In this document: positions 17,943 to 24,679 of the stretch, piece after piece
Layout: each line of letters begins with the position of its first letter
Numbering within the stretch: position 1 is the first letter of the stretch
Origin: a candidate division WWE3 bacterium UBA1401
GTDB lineage: Bacteria; Patescibacteriota; WWE3; UBA101185; UBA10185
Assembly (NCBI GenBank): GCA_002305115.1
Contig: DBQF01000001.1
Location: 160,916 to 224,915 of the forward strand
Length of the DNA: 64,000 bases
Direction: 5' to 3'
Notes under the pieces: generated by a model
Told to the model about the DNA's origin: nothing
The model's input: the letters and a program-made list of their open reading frames with translations, nothing else
Databases searched by the model: none
Position numbers and translations under genes: made by a program

Positions 17943-18614
17943 ATGGAGCAAGTAAAAGCAGCTGTTCTAGATGAACTGAAACTGGATAGTAGGGTAAATG
18001 TAGACAATATAACGGTGACAGTAGAAGATGATGGCGCAGTTGTGCTAACTGGTACAGTTCCTTCTTTTGCTGCTAGGCATGCCGCAGAAGATGCCGCGTG
18101 GCGGGTATTAGGTGTTTCCTTTGTTGAAAATGATCTTGATGTTAAGTACCAAGACCACCTTGAATTACCATCAGACGAAGAATTGCAGGAAAGGATTGAA
18201 AAAGTATTAAGTTGGGATCCTGAAATGACTGCTGAGGATATTGCTGTTCAGGTTGTTGCGGGAAGGGTTATTCTAAAAGGTTCTGTTGACGCCTACTGGA
18301 AATTGCTTAGAGCAGAAAGAATAGCCACTAGTGTTATTGGTGTTATGGGTGTTGATAATTATCTTAGTGTAGTTCCCACGCATGACTTTGTTGATGAAGA
18401 AATAGCCGATGATATTGTTTCGGCTTTTGAACGGAATTTATATATCGATCCTGAAAGCGTGCATGTGACGGTTGCAAATGGCGTAGTAACTTTAGAAGGA
18501 AGTGTGCCCGATTTTGTAGCCTGGCGGGCAGCATATGATGCCGCAGCTGCCACTCATGGGGTACTAGACATTGTTGATAATCTCAATATTAGTTCTGAGT
18601 ATGGGGAAGACTAG
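17943..18614 (+). CDS. BON domain protein (three BON repeats)
   Basis: Three repeats: VTVEDDGAVVLTGTVPSFAARHAAEDAAWRVLGV, VVAGRVILKGSVDAYWKLLRAERIATSVIGV and VTVANGVVTLEGSVPDFVAWRAAYDAAAATHGV. ATG 17943 is preferred over GTG 17922 because TAGCAT lies 7 nt upstream. Confidence 0.75.
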   Translation: MEQVKAAVLDELKLDSRVNVDNITVTVEDDGAVVLTGTVPSFAARHAAEDAAWRVLGVSFVENDLDVKYQDHLELPSDEELQERIEKVLSWDPEMTAEDIAVQVVAGRVILKGSVDAYWKLLRAERIATSVIGVMGVDNYLSVVPTHDFVDEEIADDIVSAFERNLYIDPESVHVTVANGVVTLEGSVPDFVAWRAAYDAAAATHGVLDIVDNLNISSEYGED

Positions 18615-19332
18615 CCTTTAACTGTAGTGCATTCTCTATCGCAAAACCTTCTGTGTCATTATTAAAGTATATGTAAACACCCAACTGCGTTTTTTGCCAG
18701 CCTGTTATTTTTTGAGCCCACGCTTGGATTTGCTCTGCCGAATATTTTCCCGAGTAGTTGCCGCGCGTTCCGTGCAGTCTGACATACACGAAGTCTGCCG
18801 TTATAACTTCTGGAGGAGGCGCGTTAGTGTGATCGTGTATGCATAGGGCGCAGTTGTGTTTCTCCAATAATTCAAAAATTTGTTTTGTGTACCAGGTGCT
18901 GTTTCTAAATTCAAAGGCGTATTGATTGCTTTTTGGAAGTTTAGTTAGGAAATCTTTGAGTCTTTGGCGATTTATAGCCCATCTTGGTGGTAGTTGGAAC
19001 AGAATTGGCCCAAGTTTATTCTGTAAGCCCTGAAATCGTTCTGCTTGAATATATAAAGACTCGGGTGCTTTTAGATATTTTCTATGTGTTATATAACTGT
19101 TGGCTTTTACAGCAAACAGGAAATTGTCTGGTACTTTTTTGTACCAATTCTCAAAAGTTTCATTTCTGGGAAGCATATAGAAAGTGTTATTTAGTTCTAC
19201 TGTGTCAAAAGTTTGTGCGTAAAAGGATAGCCACTCTGATTGGTTAAGCTGAGGTGGATAGAATTTGTCTCTCCAGTGTTTATAAGTCCAACCGGAGGTT
19301 CCGATTCTCGGGCACATATGTGTAGAGTACAT
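18589..19332 (-). CDS. DUF72 (UPF0759) family protein
   Basis: GTSGWTYKHWRDKFYP N-terminus and the overall DUF72 pattern. ATG 19332 lies 6 nt after TACTAT; the track start is GTG 19335. Confidence 0.85.
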   Translation of the reverse strand: MYSTHMCPRIGTSGWTYKHWRDKFYPPQLNQSEWLSFYAQTFDTVELNNTFYMLPRNETFENWYKKVPDNFLFAVKANSYITHRKYLKAPESLYIQAERFQGLQNKLGPILFQLPPRWAINRQRLKDFLTKLPKSNQYAFEFRNSTWYTKQIFELLEKHNCALCIHDHTNAPPPEVITADFVYVRLHGTRGNYSGKYSAEQIQAWAQKITGWQKTQLGVYIYFNNDTEGFAIENALQLKASLPHTQN

Positions 19333-19755
19333 CACCCCATAGTACTTGACAATGCATACATCCTGTAGTATTATTAATGTATTGAAAATTGCATATATAG
19401 TTTGCGAGCAGAATTCTGCCTGTAAGGTACGGAAATACGGTGTCCACCTACCTTGGAAGAATCTTATTTTCTGTCCATAACCGGAGAAGAGACAGCGGTC
19501 CTACCGGCCATTACAGACAGGCTTTTGCTTGTAAATACAAAGTTTATAGAAAGGAGACTTATTTTAAAAAATCGTTTTAAGACAGGATGAGGCTGTCTGT
19601 AACCTACCTTTATAGATGGCTTCATCTGTTTGTAAATGATTTTCTGCCACCAGAAAGATGCCTGTATACGCCAAAGAGTAGAAGGTAGGACTACTTTTGT
19701 ATGCAGGCGTCTTTTTGGTTCTATAACTTTTTTTCACCCATGTACCCATCTTGAA

Positions 19756-19784
19756 TTGTTTTCCTATACCTTATAGTATATAAT
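19756..19784 (+). promoter_or_regulatory. sigma70-type promoter, island cassette 1
   Basis: TTGTTT, 17-nt spacer, TATAAT (19779-19784), with TAGT just upstream of the -10 box. Confidence 0.55.
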
Positions 19785-19846
19785 GCACGTCAGTGTGGGC
19801 ATTCCTCATGCCCTAAAAATCCAATCTACCTAAGGAGGTCTGAGAC

Positions 19847-20317
19847 ATGTTTCGAAAAATTTATCTAGTTTTGGTTATTTTGCTGGTGCTTTTGTTTGTT
19901 GGGTGTGAGGCCGATTCGTCAAGCGGCGACGCTGCCCCGGCGGAGGATTCCTCTGGCGGAGCGCAACCTGTCCGCGCCGAAGCCACCCCCACCCCAACTT
20001 CGGAAGGCAGATGGCTTGATCCCATACATTTACATAACCAATATGGGGATTTCACTGTCAAAGTTAAGGTTGATAAACATGATTATGTGGAGCTGGTTGA
20101 AGTACGTACCGAAAAGCTGGTGGACGGGTTCAATCTCCGCCGCATATCATACTATCCTGAGGAAGATGATCTGAATCCCATACACGCCGATGGTGACCGC
20201 TTCTACGCGGTATGGCCGTGGCCGGAAAGCACAAATGGGTTTTTCAGATTTACTTTTGAAAGGGTGTCGGATGGAGTGGAATTACAGCTAAACGTCATAG
20301 TTGATTTGGTCCGCTGA
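19847..20317 (+). CDS. orphan lipoprotein (156 aa)
   Basis: AGGAGG SD at 19833-19838. Signal peptide with lipobox LLFVGC, a Ser/Ala/Pro-rich linker, then a beta-rich domain. Confidence 0.7.
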   Translation: MFRKIYLVLVILLVLLFVGCEADSSSGDAAPAEDSSGGAQPVRAEATPTPTSEGRWLDPIHLHNQYGDFTVKVKVDKHDYVELVEVRTEKLVDGFNLRRISYYPEEDDLNPIHADGDRFYAVWPWPESTNGFFRFTFERVSDGVELQLNVIVDLVR

Positions 20318-20329
20318 GGATTATCGAGT

Positions 20330-20376
20330 GCCTGGTGGCTTTGGATTTTATCCATGGTTGCCAGGCCTTTATTTTT
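20330..20376 (+). terminator. intrinsic terminator, cassette 1
   Basis: GCCTGG...CCAGGC extended imperfect hairpin followed by CTTTATTTTT. Confidence 0.55.
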
Positions 20377-20377
20377 C

Positions 20378-20406
20378 TTGACTTTAACAGCCCCATAGTA
20401 TATAAT
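20378..20406 (+). promoter_or_regulatory. sigma70-type promoter, island cassette 2
   Basis: TTGACT, 17-nt spacer, TATAAT (20401-20406), with TAGT upstream of the -10 box. Confidence 0.6.
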
Positions 20407-20464
20407 CCACAATATCACAATCAGGGCACCACAAGTGCCCCAATTTTTTTCATGGGAGAAGACA

Positions 20465-20866
20465 ATGAAGAATTTCCGATGGCTTTTGGTATTGCTGACT
20501 GGTGTAGTTTTGTTTGCCGGCTGCATTGGTGATTTCACAGAATTTGTGCCGGCGAGTGGGTCTTGGGATTTCGAAAAGTCTCTTGATTCGATTAACGACA
20601 TCAAGTTGTTGGTCGAGTCCGATGGTGTCGGTAACCTGACTGTCGAGGTACTGACCCCGGGTCAGGAATTCAAGTCTTGCACCATCAGTCTGCGCGATGG
20701 GGACACTGTGCTCCAAGAGGTTAGTCTGGGAAGTTTTACTGACAGCACAAGCTGCACGTTAGCTTACTCAGATGAGGAGTGTACAATCTGTGTTTCCTTG
20801 GAGGATGACGAGAATGGTGGAACTTCCACTTTCTCTGTAGCCCTCTATCCACGCGAGAACCAGTAG
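20465..20866 (+). CDS. orphan lipoprotein (133 aa)
   Basis: MKNFRWLLVLLTGVVLFAGC signal peptide with lipobox. GGGAGAAG lies upstream of ATG 20465. The GTG 20435 start lies inside the leader hairpin and was rejected. Confidence 0.7.
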   Translation: MKNFRWLLVLLTGVVLFAGCIGDFTEFVPASGSWDFEKSLDSINDIKLLVESDGVGNLTVEVLTPGQEFKSCTISLRDGDTVLQEVSLGSFTDSTSCTLAYSDEECTICVSLEDDENGGTSTFSVALYPRENQ

Positions 20867-20873
20867 CTATCAA

Positions 20874-20923
20874 GCGCCGAAAAGGCATTGGACACTGTCC
20901 TCCTTTTTGGCGCTTTTCTTTTT
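20874..20923 (+). terminator. intrinsic terminator, cassette 2
   Basis: 12-bp stem GCGCCGAAAAGG/CCTTTTTGGCGC followed by a TTTTCTTTTT run. Confidence 0.65.
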
Positions 20924-20943
20924 CCCAGAATTACCACTCCCAT

Positions 20944-20972
20944 TTGTACCCTTACCCCCATAGTGCTATTAT
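20944..20972 (+). promoter_or_regulatory. sigma70-type promoter, island cassette 3
   Basis: TTGTAC, 17-nt spacer, TATTAT (20967-20972), with TAGT upstream of the -10 box. Confidence 0.5.
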
Positions 20973-21006
20973 GTGTTTTACCCATAGGACCTATAGGAGG
21001 TGACAT

Positions 21007-21348
21007 ATGCCATATGCACAAGCTTATTGTGACAGGTGTGGCAGGAGAGTTCTTCGCCAAGTGACAAAGGGTAGTGTCACTATACCGTGTGACAAGTGTG
21101 GCGCGGATGCGACAATTGATTGGAGTACAGATATCTCCAAAAGAAAGATGCATGTGAGGGCAAACAATGTCAAGCACAGACAGGCAAATGTTCGATGCCC
21201 TTACTGTGGTAATTATGCGTTACTTTGGATAAGAGAAGGCGCATCCACTGTACGGTGTAATAATCCCCCGCCCTTTTGCGGCAGGGAGATTCTGGTATGT
21301 CCAAAGTATGTGCAGTATTTGGATGAGGATGATGGAGAGTTAATTTAG
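21007..21348 (+). CDS. orphan cytoplasmic zinc-ribbon protein (113 aa)
   Basis: AGGAGG SD. Three CxxC pairs (CDRC, CDKC, CPYC) plus two further Cys (RCNNPPPFC). No signal peptide. Confidence 0.65.
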   Translation: MPYAQAYCDRCGRRVLRQVTKGSVTIPCDKCGADATIDWSTDISKRKMHVRANNVKHRQANVRCPYCGNYALLWIREGASTVRCNNPPPFCGREILVCPKYVQYLDEDDGELI

Positions 21349-21400
21349 CGCCGGAGTGGCAATAGACACTGTTTGTTACCAACCCGGCGCTTTGAACTTT
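21348..21400 (+). terminator. intrinsic terminator, cassette 3
   Basis: GCGCCGG...CCGGCGC stem followed by TTTGAACTTTTATT. Confidence 0.55.
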
Positions 21401-21402
21401 TA

Positions 21403-21431
21403 TTGCCTTAATTACCCTGTAGTTGTATTAT
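21403..21431 (+). promoter_or_regulatory. sigma70-type promoter, island cassette 4
   Basis: TTGCCT, 17-nt spacer, TATTAT (21426-21431), with TAGT upstream. A second TATAAT at 21453-21458 is an alternative. Confidence 0.45.
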
Positions 21432-21475
21432 ACAAGCTAACTGTTCCCCAAATATAATATAGAAAGGTTGAGATC

Positions 21476-21910
21476 ATGAAGAAAACCGTTGTTGGTTTGG
21501 TGCTAGCAGCAGTGTTGCTGCTGGCAGGCTGTGCTGTGGCAGGAGACCCTATCCATGACACAGTTGCCTTTTCTCCTGAGGATGGGGAATCTTGGACAGT
21601 ACAGTCCGAAAAATCCCACGCGGATATTGAGTTCACACGCGCTGGTGACAAATTGACTGTTACTGTCACCCCCGCTGAAGACCCACCGAGCATGGTGACG
21701 GTGGATGACGCGGATGCTCAGGTGGCACCGAAGGCGTGGATCATCAAGATCTACGTGGATGGTAGCTTGGCTTACGAATCGGGGGTCACAGGGGAGACGG
21801 TTTCTTATACACTCCCAATTGTGGACAAGGATACGGAAGTAGTTGTATCACTATGGCAGGGAAACAAGGAACATTCGTACTCCTATGTTCTCAAGCCACA
21901 AGTGCCCTAA
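21476..21910 (+). CDS. orphan lipoprotein (144 aa)
   Basis: MKKTVVGLVLAAVLLLAGC signal peptide with a canonical LAGC lipobox, then a beta-rich domain. Confidence 0.7.
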   Translation: MKKTVVGLVLAAVLLLAGCAVAGDPIHDTVAFSPEDGESWTVQSEKSHADIEFTRAGDKLTVTVTPAEDPPSMVTVDDADAQVAPKAWIIKIYVDGSLAYESGVTGETVSYTLPIVDKDTEVVVSLWQGNKEHSYSYVLKPQVP

Positions 21911-21925
21911 CAGAGAAGGAGAAAG

Positions 21926-22513
21926 ATGGCACCACTTAACAAGAACGGTAAAAAGGCTCTCATTTCTAGTTGCATACTCCTGTTGTTTGTGCTGGGGGCA
22001 GTTCTATATAAAGGTGGCTCAAGGCTTGTTTCCAATTTTGGAGCAAGCTCTTCTGGCCCGGTGAGAAACCTGCCGGTTGAACTGCCTACTGATGACTCTG
22101 TAGTATCCCAGCCAACGCTGGCGCCGCTTCCTACACAGGAGAACCCAACCCCCGAACCCACTGAGGTTGTTTTTAACAAAGCAGCCTGGGCAGAGGGTTC
22201 TACGGCGATAACTCTTCCGAATGGTAAGGCTGTTACTCTGGAGTGTGTCTACAACGGGGAAATAGGCATGCTTCGCATAAACAAGCCCAACCTTCCCGGT
22301 CTTCGGGAAGTAAGAGTGAACATTGGCCAGATGTTGCATCAGGACAATTATACGTCCTGGGTTGCTCCTGACAGCATAATCTGGAACTCTACTGACTTGT
22401 CCTGGATGCAAAACTTGCGTATGGATGGCGTAAACATCCATGTTGGAAGTAGTATCGAGGTTATTGCCTTCTATGCCAATGGCTCCATTTCTTTGCATTG
22501 TACTGCCCAATGA
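21926..22513 (+). CDS. orphan signal-anchored protein with Pro/Thr linker (195 aa)
   Basis: AAGGAG SD 15 nt after the previous stop, so it is co-transcribed. TM ALISSCILLLFVLGAVLY, linker PTLAPLPTQENPTPEPTE, beta-rich C-terminal domain. Confidence 0.65.
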   Translation: MAPLNKNGKKALISSCILLLFVLGAVLYKGGSRLVSNFGASSSGPVRNLPVELPTDDSVVSQPTLAPLPTQENPTPEPTEVVFNKAAWAEGSTAITLPNGKAVTLECVYNGEIGMLRINKPNLPGLREVRVNIGQMLHQDNYTSWVAPDSIIWNSTDLSWMQNLRMDGVNIHVGSSIEVIAFYANGSISLHCTAQ

Positions 22514-22521
22514 CCACTTGC

Positions 22522-22569
22522 GCGGGGAGGGAGAGATCTCCTGCCGTCTTTTCCTCCCTTCCGCTTTTT
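22522..22569 (+). terminator. intrinsic terminator, cassette 4
   Basis: GC-rich stem GCGGGGAGGGAG.../...CTCCCTTCCGC followed by TTTTT. It is homologous to the terminator at 23232-23281. Confidence 0.55.
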
Positions 22570-22596
22570 GCAAATATAGCCCTATAGTTATATAAT
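22568..22596 (+). promoter_or_regulatory. sigma70-type promoter, island cassette 5
   Basis: TTGCAA, 17-nt spacer, TATAAT (22591-22596), with TAGT upstream of the -10 box. Confidence 0.6.
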
Positions 22597-22634
22597 GTTG
22601 CAAATTCTACACAATGTGTTCCAGAGGAGGAACA

Positions 22635-23225
22635 ATGGATAACACAGGACGCGCGCTTTTTTTTACCCTTGTTGCTTTGTTTTTTTTATGGCTTGCCGTT
22701 GTTTATGGGGGTCTATCCGTACCAGCATCCGAAGGTGTTTCCAGCTATGCCAATGAGGCTGTTGGTGAGAGTTCTCAGCCTATAGTTGTTCCTACGCAAA
22801 TTCCAACTGCTAGGCCTACCAAGGAACCCGTCTTCCTCCTCACCATAGGAGATGATGAAGACACGGCAACTCCTACCACAGTGCCCCTACCGACCCCCCT
22901 GCCCCCCACGGTGTTGCCTCAAGAAGACACTGATGTACAGACCTGGCAGGCTTTACACATCGTAGGGGAATACAAGGTGACATATGAGTACTGGGGGGGT
23001 TGGTTTATAGTAACAATCAAAACTAACAACCCTGCGCGTATTCGAGTCACCTTTGACGGGTCTGATCCTTGCACCAACTGGGCCATGGCGTCGATGAACA
23101 TGCTCCAGTTTGGTACCTATAGCACTGCCAGTTATGAGAAGAAGGTAATGCCTCGTGGTACAGTTGTGCGGGTATGTATTCAGTTCGATGACCAAAAAAT
23201 CGAAGACACTATGGTCATCGAATAG
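22635..23225 (+). CDS. orphan signal-anchored protein with Pro/Thr linker (196 aa)
   Basis: GAGGAGG SD precedes ATG 22635; ATG 22614 has no SD. TM ALFFTLVALFFLWLAVVY, linker PTQIPTARPTKEP...PTTVPLPTPLPPTVLP, beta-rich C-terminal domain. Confidence 0.65.
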   Translation: MDNTGRALFFTLVALFFLWLAVVYGGLSVPASEGVSSYANEAVGESSQPIVVPTQIPTARPTKEPVFLLTIGDDEDTATPTTVPLPTPLPPTVLPQEDTDVQTWQALHIVGEYKVTYEYWGGWFIVTIKTNNPARIRVTFDGSDPCTNWAMASMNMLQFGTYSTASYEKKVMPRGTVVRVCIQFDDQKIEDTMVIE

Positions 23226-23231
23226 CCTGCT

Positions 23232-23281
23232 GCGCGGGAAGAGAGGTGTCCTACACATCCCTTTTCCCGCCGCTTTGTTTT
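23232..23281. terminator. intrinsic terminator, cassette 5; possibly bidirectional
   Basis: Long stem GCGCGGGAAGAGAGG/CCCTTTTCCCGCCGC followed by TTTGTTTT. It lies 6 nt from the stop of the convergent 23287..24309 gene. Confidence 0.55.
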
Positions 23282-23286
23282 AGAGC

Positions 23287-24309
23287 TTAATCCAAGACCT
23301 CAAACCTAACCCCATAACGGGACAAAAACCCCTTCATCCCTTCCCAGCCCTCACTCTCACTAAACCTAGTTTCCTTACTCTTAATATCAAACCAACACTT
23401 ACCAGTTACATCCAGTGCCTTTCTAGTTTCTTCACTAATACCTTCAAGTACCACATAAACATTCCCTTCAAACTCTGTCATACCTTCCAAAGACTTCTTA
23501 TACATATATCTTGTTGAATTTACTGACACAGTAATACCCTTCTCCACGTCACTAATTGCTGCGGGCTCGCCTTTGAATTCACAAAACTCTGCAAATGATC
23601 TGAAAATTGTTAGTAACATCTCATGCTTTTTCTCTGCCGAAGGCTCCCTAATAAACTGTCTGCCCCTTAATAACACCTTTGCTGGAAACCCCGATGCCAA
23701 TGAGTGATCTGGAATATTTGCAGTTACCACCGAATTAGCCCCAATAACACTACCTTCCCCAATTTCCACATTAGGCAAAATAAACACCCGCCAAGGCAGC
23801 CACACTTTTTTCCTGATTGTAACCGGGCCAAACGTTACAGGATAACCATCCAGCATAGATAACCACGAACTATGTGTAAAAATATAACTGCCACCGCCAA
23901 CTCCAACGTCATCTTCCAAAATAATTGGCTCAGTGGGGTTAATAAAACTAAAAGAAAAAATTTTGGCCCGCTTTCCCATACTAAGCTTTGATCTGGGTGT
24001 TAACATACCGCCAATAGTTACCTGATCTAAAATAATTGAGTCATCATCCATTTCAAGCTCTGCCAGTTCTGCCGCCACCATCATCTTAATACTCACCCGT
24101 TTGCCCAGTTTTATCTTGTGGGCATCGATATAACAAATATGCCCAATTTTTGTATAATCGCCGATTTCTATTTCTTTAGCATTTAGTATGGAAAAAAAGC
24201 CAAACGAAACATGCTTTCCTATCTTGGCTCCTTTTGCTTTGTAATACAGCTTTTTTAATGGAGACGGCAACAAACCGATGGTTGCCATCTTGATAACCGG
24301 AACGGCCAT
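23287..24309 (-). CDS. left-handed beta-helix (hexapeptide-repeat) acyltransferase with extra C-terminal domain
   Basis: Hexapeptide stretches GAKIGKHVSFGFFSILNAKEIEIGDYTKIG and PNVEIGEGSVIGANSVVTANIP, plus a non-LbH C-terminus of about 100 aa. Confidence 0.75.
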   Translation of the reverse strand: MAVPVIKMATIGLLPSPLKKLYYKAKGAKIGKHVSFGFFSILNAKEIEIGDYTKIGHICYIDAHKIKLGKRVSIKMMVAAELAELEMDDDSIILDQVTIGGMLTPRSKLSMGKRAKIFSFSFINPTEPIILEDDVGVGGGSYIFTHSSWLSMLDGYPVTFGPVTIRKKVWLPWRVFILPNVEIGEGSVIGANSVVTANIPDHSLASGFPAKVLLRGRQFIREPSAEKKHEMLLTIFRSFAEFCEFKGEPAAISDVEKGITVSVNSTRYMYKKSLEGMTEFEGNVYVVLEGISEETRKALDVTGKCWFDIKSKETRFSESEGWEGMKGFLSRYGVRFEVLD

Positions 24310-24310
24310 A

Positions 24311-24679
24311 TTAATCCTTTCTAACCACTACAGCTACAGCCACACACATGCCTGCAGCGTGAGTTAAACTAACTTGTGTAACGTACTTAGAGGCTAACTG
24401 TTCAGGCAAATGTGCAAATGGTACGCCAGATTCATTATTAGTTATTTCTACCCCCTTACAATGAATATTAAACTCATCCAGAGAGTTCAAGGCTTTAATA
24501 ACAGCTTCCTTGCAGCAAAACCTCACGCCTAAATGCTGAGCAGGTTCTTTTTTTCCAAAACAATAAGCAAGTTCTTTTTTCGTGAAGATTTTGTCTAGGA
24601 AAGTCTGGTTAGGCCTATCCTCAGTTTCGCTAAATTTTTGACTGTCCTGAATATCTATGCCAATGCCAAATGTATTCAT
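24311..24679 (-). CDS. acpS: holo-ACP synthase (4'-phosphopantetheinyl transferase)
   Basis: GIGIDIQD, FTKKELAYC, CKEAVIKAL and VSLTHAAGMCVAVAVV. ATG 24679 overlaps the upstream stop as ATGA. Confidence 0.8.
   Translation of the reverse strand: MNTFGIGIDIQDSQKFSETEDRPNQTFLDKIFTKKELAYCFGKKEPAQHLGVRFCCKEAVIKALNSLDEFNIHCKGVEITNNESGVPFAHLPEQLASKYVTQVSLTHAAGMCVAVAVVVRKD

Larger units (their letters stand above)
19756..23281 (+). other. compositionally distinct genomic island of five expression cassettes; no mobility genes seen
   Basis: G+C is visibly higher than the flanks. All six ORFs are on the + strand, with canonical -35/-10 promoters, 28-56 nt leaders, GGAGG-type SDs and hairpin/T-run terminators. 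Confidence 0.65.

Noticed and set aside
19380-19560. Possible SRP (4.5S) RNA, prompted by CCGGAGAAGAGACAGCGG
   Set aside because: The resemblance to GUCCGGAAGGAAGCAGCC is only superficial. The symmetric-loop and tetraloop context is absent. It is kept only as a low-confidence structured-RNA candidate.
20435-20464. Upstream starts from the ORF track: GTG 20435, ATG 22614, 24733, 25989, 29165, 52253, 41271, 33418, 51352, 17922, 19335 and 2123
   Set aside because: The extensions lie in leader hairpins, lack an SD, overlap upstream genes by 47-95 nt, or destroy the required N-terminal Cys of the amidotransferases. Downstream starts fit SD, overlap or leaderless geometry better.
22019-22603. 194-aa minus-strand ORF and several alternative-frame ORFs in the island (19861-20061, 19896-20174, 20203-20604, 20450-20716, 20845-21177, 21412-21693, 21907-22179, 22953-23258)
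   Set aside because: The GC-richer sequence generates long spurious frames. These ORFs lack SD and promoter context. They cross the promoter and terminator elements of the plus-strand cassettes, whose products have coherent signal peptides and lipoboxes.
19756-23281. Calling the island a prophage, transposon or integrative element
   Set aside because: No integrase, transposase, recombinase or phage structural gene, flanking tRNA or clear direct or inverted terminal repeat was found. It is therefore annotated only as a compositional island.
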